Shown here: positions 38,212 through 47,726 of the stretch, one piece after another
Layout of the letters: every line of letters starts with the position of its first letter
How positions within the stretch are numbered: position 1 is the first letter of the stretch
DNA from: Candidatus Thalassarchaeum betae
GTDB taxonomy: Archaea; Thermoplasmatota; Poseidoniia; Poseidoniales; Thalassarchaeaceae
Direction: 5' to 3'
Length of the DNA: 64,000 bases
NCBI GenBank assembly: GCA_003193925.1
Contig: PSPG01000001.1
Span: forward strand, 128,001-192,000
Notes under the pieces: model-generated
What the model was told of the DNA's origin: nothing
The model's database searches: none
What the model saw: the letters and a program-made list of their open reading frames with translations, nothing else
Position numbers and translations under genes: made by a program

Positions 38212-38729
38212 AGTCCCAGCACCTCCGAAAGCCACGCCTTAGCGGCATCAACATCGGGCAAATCAGCGACCTCAGCACCCTCTCTGCGGTGATCCAGCCT
38301 CCTTCCAGCGAGCTCGGAGGCCCAGCCTCCGGTGCTCGACATCGTGGCTACCGGCTTTTCGATCTGCCACGCGAAGGCGATTTCAGAGAGTGTGCCAGAG
38401 CCCCCTCTGACCGCGATGCAGGCATCGCCTGCGCGAGCCACCAGCATGTTCCTGAACAGCCCGAGACCGGTAGGGATGACCACGTCGATGTGCGGATTGG
38501 CTGAATCAGGGTCCTCCATCGGCAGGATCCCGATGGTGTCTCCACTCTGGTATGACTGGCTGCTCTGTGCGCCCCTGCAGACCGCCGTCATCGAACCGCC
38601 GAGCCCTCCGCAGGCCACTCTGCAGCCCAAATCGACGATGGCTCTGCCCAGATCCTCGCACAGAGCCTCGACCTCGGGGACCTCGGAGAGGTCGTTCGAG
38701 CCGAATACGGAGACTATCGGCTTCCTCAT
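38208..38729 (-). CDS. LOG family (TIGR00725-like) protein
   Basis: CGGLGGSM, TIGILP, RN, GGSGTLSEI. Confidence 0.87.
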   Translation of the reverse strand: MRKPIVSVFGSNDLSEVPEVEALCEDLGRAIVDLGCRVACGGLGGSMTAVCRGAQSSQSYQSGDTIGILPMEDPDSANPHIDVVIPTGLGLFRNMLVARAGDACIAVRGGSGTLSEIAFAWQIEKPVATMSSTGGWASELAGRRLDHRREGAEVADLPDVDAAKAWLSEVLGL

Positions 38730-38730
38730 G

Positions 38731-39984
38731 CTACCACTCCGTGAGTATCGGGAACGACTTCCCCATCGTCAGGCACTCCATGCCATCGCTCGTTCGAACC
38801 CAGCTGTCTTCTGTCCCGATGGCACCCTCAGGGTAAATCACCTTAGGCTCGATCGCCATTGTGCCGCCTACCTGCAGAGGCCGATCGAAACCTCGAGCCA
38901 CCACCGGGGTCTCGTCGAGCTCGAGCCCGATCGAGTGGCCTAGGAACTTGGCTTGGTCGGGTGGCATGCCCATCAGGTGCTCGCCGCGCCCCATCTCGGC
39001 AACCAGCGAACTGCCAGCATCCCAAACAGCCGAGCAATCATCGCCTTTTCCGAGGCTGTCGACGACTAGGTCGCGTACCTGCGCCATGTCATCGAGCCTT
39101 TGCGTCCACTCGTCAGACAGCCGCCCGGCGCTGAACATGCGTGTGCAGTCTGAGACGTATCCCCGGTGTAAGTGAACGATGTCGACCAGCACCGGCTCAC
39201 CCTCGGCAACCCTAGCGAAGCCCGCGCCGAGTGAGGAGATAGGACTCGCTCCCAGACCAGCCACTGCAGAGTCGAAGTACGAGGGCACAGCGCCCGAGCG
39301 ACCTGCGGCGATGACGACCCTGTCGCAATCCATCGGCCACGTGCGCATCCTGATGCGGCCGCCGAAGCCTGCCGCCCTGCTGACCTCATCGGCGGCGCCG
39401 GCCATCTCAATCTCAGTGAGTCCAAGCCCCCCTCGGTCGCGGATAGCCTCGAACATCATCCGGTTGATCTCACCACTCCCGCGGTGCATCTCGAGCTCCC
39501 AGGCTGACTTGGTCTCCCTGAGGGTGAACAGCAGTCCTGTACAATCGGAGCTCTGCCCTTCGAGCCCACTCATCTTGGATGTGAGGAAGGACCAACGCTT
39601 CTGTGGGACCTTGCCTGCGAGCAATCCGGGTGCTTGAGTGCAACCAGCAGCCCGCAACGAGTCCTCGAAGTCCCCCATACTCGGGTGTCCCTCGATGGCA
39701 TGGGGCGAATCTCCTCCCCCTGCCTCGAAGCGAGCCCGCTTCAATGAACGCCTCACCCATTGCGTACTCCCGATGCCAGAGTCATCTGCACCGACTAGGA
39801 ACAGAGAGTTCTGACGCCCGCCGGTGAGCCAGTAGAGCTCTACCGGATCATCGACTAGGACGGATTCGTGGCCGGCTTCGGCGAGTGCCGCAGACAGCCT
39901 GCCCTGCCTGTCCTCCAATTCCGAGACTGGCACCCGCCAGTCCTCTCCGTCGGGGCCAGTCAGGCGCTCGGCATCCCAACTCAT
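38731..39984 (-). CDS. Xaa-Pro aminopeptidase (M24)
   Basis: VD..GYVSDCTR, GHSIGLELDE, IEP, GTED. Confidence 0.88.
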   Translation of the reverse strand: MSWDAERLTGPDGEDWRVPVSELEDRQGRLSAALAEAGHESVLVDDPVELYWLTGGRQNSLFLVGADDSGIGSTQWVRRSLKRARFEAGGGDSPHAIEGHPSMGDFEDSLRAAGCTQAPGLLAGKVPQKRWSFLTSKMSGLEGQSSDCTGLLFTLRETKSAWELEMHRGSGEINRMMFEAIRDRGGLGLTEIEMAGAADEVSRAAGFGGRIRMRTWPMDCDRVVIAAGRSGAVPSYFDSAVAGLGASPISSLGAGFARVAEGEPVLVDIVHLHRGYVSDCTRMFSAGRLSDEWTQRLDDMAQVRDLVVDSLGKGDDCSAVWDAGSSLVAEMGRGEHLMGMPPDQAKFLGHSIGLELDETPVVARGFDRPLQVGGTMAIEPKVIYPEGAIGTEDSWVRTSDGMECLTMGKSFPILTEW

Positions 39985-40072
39985 GCGGCTGCTTCGAGCG
40001 CCACCCGTGAAAGGCATTGTGGGGCCACGCGGAGCGTGTTCGCCACCCACAACGGCCATAGAGGGACCGCTA

Positions 40073-41356
40073 GTGCCGCCAATCGTGACAACCGTCCTGT
40101 CGCTGGACGACGTCCGCCTCGCGGGACGGACTGTGCTCTATCGAGTAGACGTAAATTCGCCCCTCGAACCGTCCACTGGGGCCTTCCTCGATGACAGCAG
40201 ACTGCGCTCTATCCTCGAGACTCTGAGGAGCCTCTCAGACGCCAAGGTAGTGATCATGGGGCACCAGTCGAGACCAGGCAAGGACGACTTTACTGGCATG
40301 GAGGGTCACTGCGACCGACTCTCGCGCCTCCTCGGGCAGCAGATACGCTTCGTTGCCGATGTCTGTGGCGACGATGCCATCGATGCCATCGAGGAGATGC
40401 AGTCCGGCGAGAAGATATTCCTCGACAATGTCCGCCTCCATTCCGAGGAGTACGGCCCAGAGAAGGTTAGCTTCGAGGCGGAACCATCCTCCGAGATTGT
40501 TACCCGCCTGTCAGCCGTCGCCGACGTGTACGTCTCTGACGCCTTCGGCGCAGCCCATCGAAACTCGCCTTCCCTCACCGGCTTCGCCGAGGAGATGCCC
40601 TGTATCGCAGGCCGCCTGATGAACAGGGAGATCAGGGCCCTTGGCTTGGCCGTGGACGACCCTCCTCGACCCTACGTGGCGATTCTGGGAGGGGCGAAGT
40701 GCGACGACTCGCTGAGGGTCGCACTCAACCTCATCGAGCGCGGCGTCGTAGACTGCATCCCGATGGTGGGAGTGGTCGGCAACCTGATGCTGTGGGCTAG
40801 CGGGCACGACATAGGCGAGAGGAACAAGGAGTTCATCAGAAGCACGATGGGCGAGGCCTTCGACGAGACTTGGCAGATGGCCCAGCGCCTAGCGAGCGAC
40901 CATTCCAAGATGCTCTTCCTCCCCAGTGACCTAGCGGTGGAAATCGATGGGAAGCGGCATCCCATAGGAGTCGACGAACTTCCCACTGAGCATTCGATAT
41001 ACGACATAGGCTTCCAGACCCTGATGGAACTACGACCACTGATGTTAGACGCCAAATGCATCCTGTGGAACGGGCCGGCCTCATTCTTCGAGTACCCTGA
41101 GTTCGCCATCGGAACCATCGAGATTCTCAACATGTGCGCCGAGGCCACCGGTGTGACCATCGTCGGAGGGGGCCACACCAGCGCTCTGGTCAACCAGCGT
41201 GGCCTGTCCGGGGAAATCAGCCACAACAGCACCGGGGGGGGTTCGGTGCTGGGCATGCTCTCGGGCGAGCCGATGCCGGTGATCGACGCGCTCGCGCGCT
41301 CGAACGACAAGTACAGGCCCCTTCTCGGTGCACTAGAGCTGGAACCGATTGATTGA
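40073..41356 (+). CDS. pgk: Phosphoglycerate kinase
   Basis: RVDVNSP, GHQSRP, DAFGAAHR, GGAK, WNGP, GGGHT, STGGG. Confidence 0.95.
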   Translation: MPPIVTTVLSLDDVRLAGRTVLYRVDVNSPLEPSTGAFLDDSRLRSILETLRSLSDAKVVIMGHQSRPGKDDFTGMEGHCDRLSRLLGQQIRFVADVCGDDAIDAIEEMQSGEKIFLDNVRLHSEEYGPEKVSFEAEPSSEIVTRLSAVADVYVSDAFGAAHRNSPSLTGFAEEMPCIAGRLMNREIRALGLAVDDPPRPYVAILGGAKCDDSLRVALNLIERGVVDCIPMVGVVGNLMLWASGHDIGERNKEFIRSTMGEAFDETWQMAQRLASDHSKMLFLPSDLAVEIDGKRHPIGVDELPTEHSIYDIGFQTLMELRPLMLDAKCILWNGPASFFEYPEFAIGTIEILNMCAEATGVTIVGGGHTSALVNQRGLSGEISHNSTGGGSVLGMLSGEPMPVIDALARSNDKYRPLLGALELEPID

Positions 41357-41357
41357 G

Positions 41358-41430
41358 AGCCACTGGGGAGACTCGAACTCCCGACCTCTTGATTACGAAT
41401 CAAGTGCTCTACCAGCTAAGCTACAGTGGC
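41358..41430 (-). tRNA. tRNA-Thr(CGT)
   Basis: Full cloverleaf GCCACTG...CAGTGGC-T; anticodon arm CTTGA-TTCGTAA-TCAAG; T-loop TTCGAGT; CCA not encoded. Confidence 0.96.
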
Positions 41431-41512
41431 GTCAGCGCAACCAACTGAACCATTCGCATAAGAGAATCGGTGCGGCAGACAATGCTAAGTCAGCAAGCAT
41501 ACACCGGACTCT

Positions 41513-42043
41513 ATGGAGGAGACCGAGGGGGGTGCAGCCCCGGAAGAAACGACATTCTCGGGAACACCGAACGCAGAGCCAATGCAGACCCAGGAAGTCT
41601 TCGAAGAGCCCGAAGTGCAGTACGTCAAGAGGTCTGCTGTCCCCGTCGTCATCGGGGCCATCTACTCCCTCTTCCAGGTACTCGGAGTGCTGGTTTCTTT
41701 GGCCATACTCCTCGGAGGTGCTCTGCTTGCAGGATTTGCACCAGAAATCGGAGAGGGCGCAGCCGAGGCTAGCATCTTGGTAACCGTGCTCGGCGTCGTT
41801 ATGCTTGCATTATCCAGCCTGGGCGTCTATGCCGGCATACTCATGATCCGGTACCAGAAGAGGGGCATTCACATCGCATTGGGTCTGCTTGCTCTAGGCG
41901 TGGTCATGGGAGTAATCACGAACGTCGCCTTTGAGATGTCCGCCACCGATGGTTTGGTAGGCACAGTCGCTACCAACGGTATTTGCGCGGTGCTTGTCGC
42001 AATACCCTTGCTAGTATCTGGCATATCCGAACAGATGGAATAG
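41513..42043 (+). CDS. Four-TM hypothetical membrane protein
   Basis: Acidic N-terminus and four hydrophobic helices. Confidence 0.72.
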   Translation: MEETEGGAAPEETTFSGTPNAEPMQTQEVFEEPEVQYVKRSAVPVVIGAIYSLFQVLGVLVSLAILLGGALLAGFAPEIGEGAAEASILVTVLGVVMLALSSLGVYAGILMIRYQKRGIHIALGLLALGVVMGVITNVAFEMSATDGLVGTVATNGICAVLVAIPLLVSGISEQME

Positions 42044-43429
42044 TCAGCGCAGCGCGCTGAGATCCGCGATGTGCCCGATGCGGGCGTTCACATCCGCGAG
42101 GATTCCCTCCAGCGCAACCTCGCTCCGACCCTCTGCTCGCATCACCAAGATGTCCTCAGTGTTGCTGGCCCGACACAGGTACCAGCCGTCCTCATAGCTC
42201 ACCCTGATGCCATCCACCGTCGAGCACTCCATGTCCGCGAAGGCCGCCTCTACAGCCGCCATGACCTCCTCACGCTCTCCGGGCAGGGGGATCTTGGCCT
42301 CCCCTGTTGAGGGGTAGTCGGGCAGGAACGAGAAGCGCTCGGAGAAGGACGGCCCGCCGTCGGCCGGAGCGGGGTCGCGCCCAATGATCTCGAGCAGGCG
42401 GGCGCTGTTGTACAGCGAGTCGTCGAAACCGGGCCAGCGGTCGTGCAGGAAGAAGTGGCCCGACATCTCACCAGCCATCGGGGCCTGCGGATTGTCCCAC
42501 AGCTCGCGCTTCATGAACGAGTGACCGGTCCTCACCATCCTCGGCACCCCGCCGGCAGCTGCAATCGCTTCCTCGAGCGCCATGCTGCACTTGACGTCGA
42601 AGTAGACAGTCCGTTCGTCCTCCGACGCGTCACTATCGAGATTCGAGAGCACGTCCTTCGCGAAGATCGCCATCAAGCGGTCAGGGTGGATGAAGCGACC
42701 GGTCTCATCTACCACTCCCATTCGATCGCCGTCACCGTCCATCCCGATGCCGAACTCAGCGCCGCTCTCGACCACCGCTGCGGCGAGGTCGGTCATGTTC
42801 TCAGGGCGAGTTGGGTCAGGAGGGTGGTTGGGGAACGAGTTGTCCCAGTCGCAGTGCAGAGGCACGGCATCGACGCCCAGACCCTCCATCAACCGCATCG
42901 CGAGCGGGCCGGGCACGGCGTTGCCGCAGTCGAGCACGATGCGAATCGGCCTTGCTGGTTTTCCCGCATTCTCTACGACGATGTCGATGTACTGGTCCTC
43001 AAAGTTCTCCACCGTGAAGTGAGAGCCTGCACCCTCACGGAACTCGCCACTCTCGAAGGCCTCGCGCAGCATCTGCAGGTCGTCTCCGGCCACGGGCAGC
43101 TTCCCGTGGCAGATCTTGAAGCCGTTGTACTCTGGCGGGTTGTGGCTGGCTGTGATGGCAACCGCAGCCTGGACTGGCAGGTCGACGGTGGCGCGGTACA
43201 GCACTCCAGTGGTAGTCACGCCTAGGTCAAGGACGTCTGCGCCAGTGCTGACTATCCCTTCGACGAACGCCGCATGGAGCTCCGCCCCCGAATCCCTGAT
43301 GTCGCGTGCGACGGCGACGGCGCCAACGTCCAGATGGGTTGCTACCGCCTTGCCGAGCGTGTTCGCGAACTCAACCGTCAGCTCGCTTCCCGCGATGCCG
43401 CGGATGTCGTACGCCTTGAACACGCTCAC
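42044..43429 (-). CDS. Phosphomannomutase/phosphoglucomutase
   Basis: FKAYDIRG, TASHNP, DGDGDR, GEMSGH, RASNTE. Confidence 0.93.
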   Translation of the reverse strand: MSVFKAYDIRGIAGSELTVEFANTLGKAVATHLDVGAVAVARDIRDSGAELHAAFVEGIVSTGADVLDLGVTTTGVLYRATVDLPVQAAVAITASHNPPEYNGFKICHGKLPVAGDDLQMLREAFESGEFREGAGSHFTVENFEDQYIDIVVENAGKPARPIRIVLDCGNAVPGPLAMRLMEGLGVDAVPLHCDWDNSFPNHPPDPTRPENMTDLAAAVVESGAEFGIGMDGDGDRMGVVDETGRFIHPDRLMAIFAKDVLSNLDSDASEDERTVYFDVKCSMALEEAIAAAGGVPRMVRTGHSFMKRELWDNPQAPMAGEMSGHFFLHDRWPGFDDSLYNSARLLEIIGRDPAPADGGPSFSERFSFLPDYPSTGEAKIPLPGEREEVMAAVEAAFADMECSTVDGIRVSYEDGWYLCRASNTEDILVMRAEGRSEVALEGILADVNARIGHIADLSALR

Positions 43430-43473
43430 GACCTTGCGAGCGATGCGGCATTCATCATCTCTGTGGGTCGATG

Positions 43474-43848
43474 TCAGGCGCCAGAGCCCCGAAACGCCTC
43501 GCACACTATCTCGACTAGAGCCCCAGCCGGAAGATTCGGCACCTCGTACGCAGCACGCGCGGGCGGGGTGGTGCCATCGAGCCATTCGGAGTAAATCTCG
43601 TTGATGGTGCCGTAGAAGCCGATATCGGTCATCAGCACTGTCACCTTGACTAGGTCGGCTTTCGAGCTGTTCGCTGTTTCCAGAAGCCCCTCGATCTTCG
43701 CTAGGGTGCCTCTAGTCTGCGACTCGATGTCATCCCCAGCGTCGGTGGCTATCTGTCCGGAAAGCCAGATATGGTCCCTCACGGTTATCCCCGGGCTGTA
43801 GGGCCCCAGAGTACCGCCTCCGGTGTCGATCCTCAGTTTGCGAGTCAT
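43474..43848 (-). CDS. RidA/YjgF family protein
   Basis: GPYS, LSGQI, PARA, LVEI. Confidence 0.88.
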   Translation of the reverse strand: MTRKLRIDTGGGTLGPYSPGITVRDHIWLSGQIATDAGDDIESQTRGTLAKIEGLLETANSSKADLVKVTVLMTDIGFYGTINEIYSEWLDGTTPPARAAYEVPNLPAGALVEIVCEAFRGSGA

Positions 43849-43878
43849 GCACGTCGCAAAGGCCAGCGGGTGATAGGC

Positions 43879-44331
43879 TTACTCACGCAGTATATCGACG
43901 ATTCTGATGTGGTCTCCGGCCATCTGGTCGGCGGTCAGCCCGTCTATCGGCACCCAAGCGGCATCAACAGCGTCGTCTCCGCCCCTCGGCCCTGCTTCCG
44001 GGTCGACATCCACGAGGTAGAACAGCGCCACGATGTGCTTCCTGGGGTCCCTGTCGGGGTCACCGTGTATGGCGAGCGCGACCGGGTCGAAGCCATCGAC
44101 CCCAGTCTCCTCCCTGAGCTCGCGCAGCACAGCGTCCTCTGGATCCTCCCCGATGTCGACGAAGCCACCTGGGAAGGCCCAGCGGCCCTCCCATATCTCA
44201 GGCTCCCTGCCCCTCCTGATGAGCAGGACCTCGGTTCCCGACTCGCCTTCCCTAAGTGCGACGGCGTCGACGGCGACGGCGGGGTTGCGGTGGCCGTCGC
44301 GGCCGCACTCGTCGCAGACGTCATCCGCCAT
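43879..44331 (-). CDS. Nudix hydrolase
   Basis: Intact Nudix box GFVDIGEDPEDAVLRELREETGV; RDPR; GGDDA. Confidence 0.9.
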   Translation of the reverse strand: MADDVCDECGRDGHRNPAVAVDAVALREGESGTEVLLIRRGREPEIWEGRWAFPGGFVDIGEDPEDAVLRELREETGVDGFDPVALAIHGDPDRDPRKHIVALFYLVDVDPEAGPRGGDDAVDAAWVPIDGLTADQMAGDHIRIVDILRE

Positions 44332-45202
44332 AGCGCCGCCTCCTGCTCTGATACGACTCGATGGCCTCGTACAGGTCGACCTTCGAGAACGACGGCCAGA
44401 AGACGTCGGTGAAGTGCAGTTCGGAGTACGCTATCTGCCACAGCAGGAAGTTCGAGATTCGCTCCTCGCCGCTGGTGCGGATCACCAGATCCGGGTCGGG
44501 CAGGTCGGAGGTGTACATCCTGCTGGAGATTTGCATCGTGTCTATCGATTCTAGGGGCAAGTCACCCTTGGCGTGATCCGCCGCGACCTCGCGCACCGCG
44601 TCGACGATCTCCTCCCTGCCGCCATAAGCCAGGCACACGGTGAACAGGAAGTCGGTGTAAGACTCGGTTCGTGACTGGGCGTTGCTGATGGCCTCGCGCA
44701 CCCGCTCGGGCAGCATCTCCAGACGACCCATCGCCTGCACCCTGACGCCGCGCTCGTGTATTTGCGGGTCATCGGCGATCTCGTTTAGCCCAGCGACATA
44801 GAGGTCGTAGAGGGAATCGAGCTCGCCAGGGGAGCGCTCATTGATGTTCTCCGTCGAGAGGGCGTAGACGGTGAGATAGGGTATTTCGAGGTCGAGAATC
44901 CAGTCCATGACCTCCTTGAGTTTCTCCTTGCCTCGTCGGTGTCCGAGGTCACGTTCGATGTTACTGTTCCAAGCGAAGCGACGGTTGCCGTCCATGATAA
45001 TCGAGATGTGCTGAGGCAGCTCGCCTTCCTTGAGGCGGTCTCGTAGCCTGTTTGCGCGTATTCTGTCTGTGCGCGAGATGAAGCTCCATGCGTAGCTGGA
45101 GTTGGCGACAGCCCTCGCTGGTATCGAAACCAGTCTGAATCTCAGGAGCCACTTAGCGAGGTAGTCGATTCGACGCCCGAGCGACTTGCGTATGCGGCCC
45201 AT
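44321..45202 (-). CDS. uppS: cis-prenyltransferase (polyprenyl diphosphate synthase)
   Basis: IMDGNRR, ALSTEN, YGGREEI, RTSGEERISNFLLWQ, RRYGG. Confidence 0.95.
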   Translation of the reverse strand: MGRIRKSLGRRIDYLAKWLLRFRLVSIPARAVANSSYAWSFISRTDRIRANRLRDRLKEGELPQHISIIMDGNRRFAWNSNIERDLGHRRGKEKLKEVMDWILDLEIPYLTVYALSTENINERSPGELDSLYDLYVAGLNEIADDPQIHERGVRVQAMGRLEMLPERVREAISNAQSRTESYTDFLFTVCLAYGGREEIVDAVREVAADHAKGDLPLESIDTMQISSRMYTSDLPDPDLVIRTSGEERISNFLLWQIAYSELHFTDVFWPSFSKVDLYEAIESYQSRRRRYGG

Positions 45203-45251
45203 GCACTCACCAAATGCTGACTGCGCTAAAGGGCGTCGCCTCTCCTCGCAC

Positions 45252-45797
45252 CTATTCGAAGACGATGTCAGCCGACTCTCCTAGTTTGTCCAGAACTCCT
45301 TTACCGGGGTTCACGACCACTATCTGTCCGGCTCGCTCCCAAACAGCCAGGTCATGGCGGCTGTTGCCGGCGTAGCCGAACCCCTTCTCGCCGTAGCGTG
45401 CCACCAGCGCCTCGGCCTTGCGTCGGTCGCGCAGGTTGTAGTTCACGTCCGAGGCCATCACGTCTGAGAACAGGCCGACGTGCGCCGCGACTCTCTCGGC
45501 AACGATGCGGTCCGATGCGGTGGCCAGCACCAGCGTGCGACCCCTCGCATGCTCGCCGGTGATCCAGTCGAGAAAAGCCTCGTGGTAGACCAGTTCCGCT
45601 GGGTCGAAGACCAGCCTCTCGGCCAAGTCTCGCTTCCACTGCGCCCTCTTTCCTGCCAGTTCCTTCAGTAGCATGCCCGGAAGCACCCACGGGCGTCTCG
45701 CGATGACTCGCGAGAAGCTGATTCTGCTCATGTCTGAGAGAATCAGAGTGCCGTCCAGGTCGACAGCCAGAGGTATGTCAGACACAGTATCTCCCAC
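45252..45797 (-). CDS. HAD-family hydrolase like the N-terminal domain of HAD-UbiA fusions
   Basis: PLAVDLDGTL, LATAS, YAGNSRHDL. Confidence 0.8.
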   Translation of the reverse strand: MGDTVSDIPLAVDLDGTLILSDMSRISFSRVIARRPWVLPGMLLKELAGKRAQWKRDLAERLVFDPAELVYHEAFLDWITGEHARGRTLVLATASDRIVAERVAAHVGLFSDVMASDVNYNLRDRRKAEALVARYGEKGFGYAGNSRHDLAVWERAGQIVVVNPGKGVLDKLGESADIVFE

Positions 45798-45920
45798 GCA
45801 CCTCGCTGAGGGGTGTGTGATTCAAGGCTTCGCAGACCGATTCAATGAAGCCGTCGACCACGTCGTGACCTCGGGGCAGCGACCGTGGCTGGGGGGGAGA
45901 GAGCTTGGAGACCGGCCGCT

Positions 45921-47132
45921 ATGGCCGAGATTGAGAGCGATTCCGAGGCTCCAGCCGGCTTCCGTGCAGTCAGGTTCGCAGGAATAGGGTTGGTGGCCAG
46001 CATGATAGAGCCGACTTCCGTCTCCAATTTGGATGACTGGAAAACGCTCGTTTCCGAGTTAGAGGCTTGGGGAGAGGTGCCGAATCCGGATTCCATCACT
46101 CGAATCTCCTCCGAATCTTCCGACCGTGGCATGATTGCCGCTCTGAGTGCTGGCAGCGCTTGGACCGCAGAGTTCCTCCCGTGGGGCTCGGACGGTCGCC
46201 TCAGGGCTAGAGCCAAAGCGGCACCTGACGGCTCACACGTCCCCTCAGGCGGGTATACTTGGGCGGATAGGGACATGATTCTGCTCAGGAGGACCTCGGA
46301 TGCGGGTTCTGATACAGCCTCGGAGTTGAAGGAGGCCCTGCGTGTGGATGACTTGTCCGATGCACAGGAGGCTCTCCGCATAGCCGGAGAGGTGCTGGGC
46401 CGGTACCACTCCGCGGTGGAGACAGTCAGAACGACTCCGCCCGATCCCTCTCGCTGGAACGCTAGGACGCAGTGGCTGGAGGAGAAGCTCCGGGCGACCC
46501 TCATCTGGCGCGCCAAGTACTCAAAGAACCAGCCCTGCACCCTCAGCCTGGGCGAAGTCAGGCTGTCGGACGTCTCCGGGGACTCGCTCAGGATAGGCAG
46601 GCCGAGGCTGGCAGACGGTCTTCGCGCCCACACCTGCGAGTTCCCAGCGATGCGCGACCTCGCATCGCTGGTCCACGATCTGTCCCGTATCCACCACTCC
46701 TCTTCCACCAGTCTGGAGCTGACTCCACTACGCTTGGCGCTGATCGAGGGATGGAAGTCAACAGCGCCGGCGGATTGGACCTCCGACGACGCCTTCTACT
46801 CACATCGGGGAGGCTTGGCGATATGGGAGTACGAGCAGTGCCTGCTCGACGTGCTCGAGGCCACCTCGCACCAATCAGGTCCGCCTGAGCCAGCAGTGAC
46901 GACGTTGGCCTACGTCAAGGCGTACCAGAAGCGAATGTTCAGCAACCGCACCTACGGAGCGCTTTCGATGATGGCCGCGTTCTTCGGGATCGCCTCCCTG
47001 GTCAACACCTTCCCCCCTGCCTTGGGGGAGATTCCGATCCCAATCGCCTGCCTCGTTGTGAGTTACTGGCTGTATGGGGTCTACAAGCGTTTGTCCCCGC
47101 CACCGGAGCGGCCTTTCACTCATCTCGGGTGA
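45921..47132 (+). CDS. Kinase-like (maltokinase/APH fold) protein with degenerate active site and two C-terminal TMs
   Basis: LGRYH; LGEVRLSDV in place of HGDxHLGxV; PAMRDLASL. Confidence 0.55.
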   Translation: MAEIESDSEAPAGFRAVRFAGIGLVASMIEPTSVSNLDDWKTLVSELEAWGEVPNPDSITRISSESSDRGMIAALSAGSAWTAEFLPWGSDGRLRARAKAAPDGSHVPSGGYTWADRDMILLRRTSDAGSDTASELKEALRVDDLSDAQEALRIAGEVLGRYHSAVETVRTTPPDPSRWNARTQWLEEKLRATLIWRAKYSKNQPCTLSLGEVRLSDVSGDSLRIGRPRLADGLRAHTCEFPAMRDLASLVHDLSRIHHSSSTSLELTPLRLALIEGWKSTAPADWTSDDAFYSHRGGLAIWEYEQCLLDVLEATSHQSGPPEPAVTTLAYVKAYQKRMFSNRTYGALSMMAAFFGIASLVNTFPPALGEIPIPIACLVVSYWLYGVYKRLSPPPERPFTHLG

Positions 47133-47715
47133 TGACTCCCTTATCGTAGGTGTAGTGAATCGGCTCCCCGGTCGGTATCTCGAGGGACACGATGTCCTCG
47201 GACGATATGTCCTCGATGTGCATGACAATCGAGCGCAGCGAGTTGCCGTGGGCCGAGACCAGCACGTTGTGGCCCTGCTCGAGGTCGGGTACAATCTCGT
47301 CGACGAAGTACGGGATGGTGCGCTGGGCAGTCGTCTCGAGGCTCTCCCCCTCGGGAGGGGCCACATCGTAGGAGCGACGCCAGATGTGCACTTGCTCGGC
47401 GCCGTGCTTCTCTGCGGTCTCGGCCTTGTTCAGTCCCTGCAGGGCGCCGTAGTGACGCTCGTTCAGCCTCCAGTCGCATCTGGTCGGCACACTCTCTGAA
47501 GCCCGATTGTGCCGCATGATGATCTCAGCCGTCCTCTGGGCGCGAATCAGGTCGCTTGTGTGCACAACGTCAATTCTGACGTCAGCTAGTTGCCGACCGG
47601 CCCCGTCTGCCTCCGCGACCCCCTGGTCAGAGAGCTCGACGTCGGTCCAGCCGGTGAAGCGGTTGGCGGCGTTCCAGACCGATTGGCCGTGACGGACCAG
47701 AATCAGCCTGGTCAT
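47116..47715 (-). CDS. gpmA: 2,3-bisphosphoglycerate-dependent phosphoglycerate mutase
   Basis: RHGQSVWN, FTGW.D, LNERHYGALQG, WRRSY, AHGNSLR. Confidence 0.93.
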   Translation of the reverse strand: MTRLILVRHGQSVWNAANRFTGWTDVELSDQGVAEADGAGRQLADVRIDVVHTSDLIRAQRTAEIIMRHNRASESVPTRCDWRLNERHYGALQGLNKAETAEKHGAEQVHIWRRSYDVAPPEGESLETTAQRTIPYFVDEIVPDLEQGHNVLVSAHGNSLRSIVMHIEDISSEDIVSLEIPTGEPIHYTYDKGVITRDE

Positions 47716-47726
47716 CGTTCCACCGT

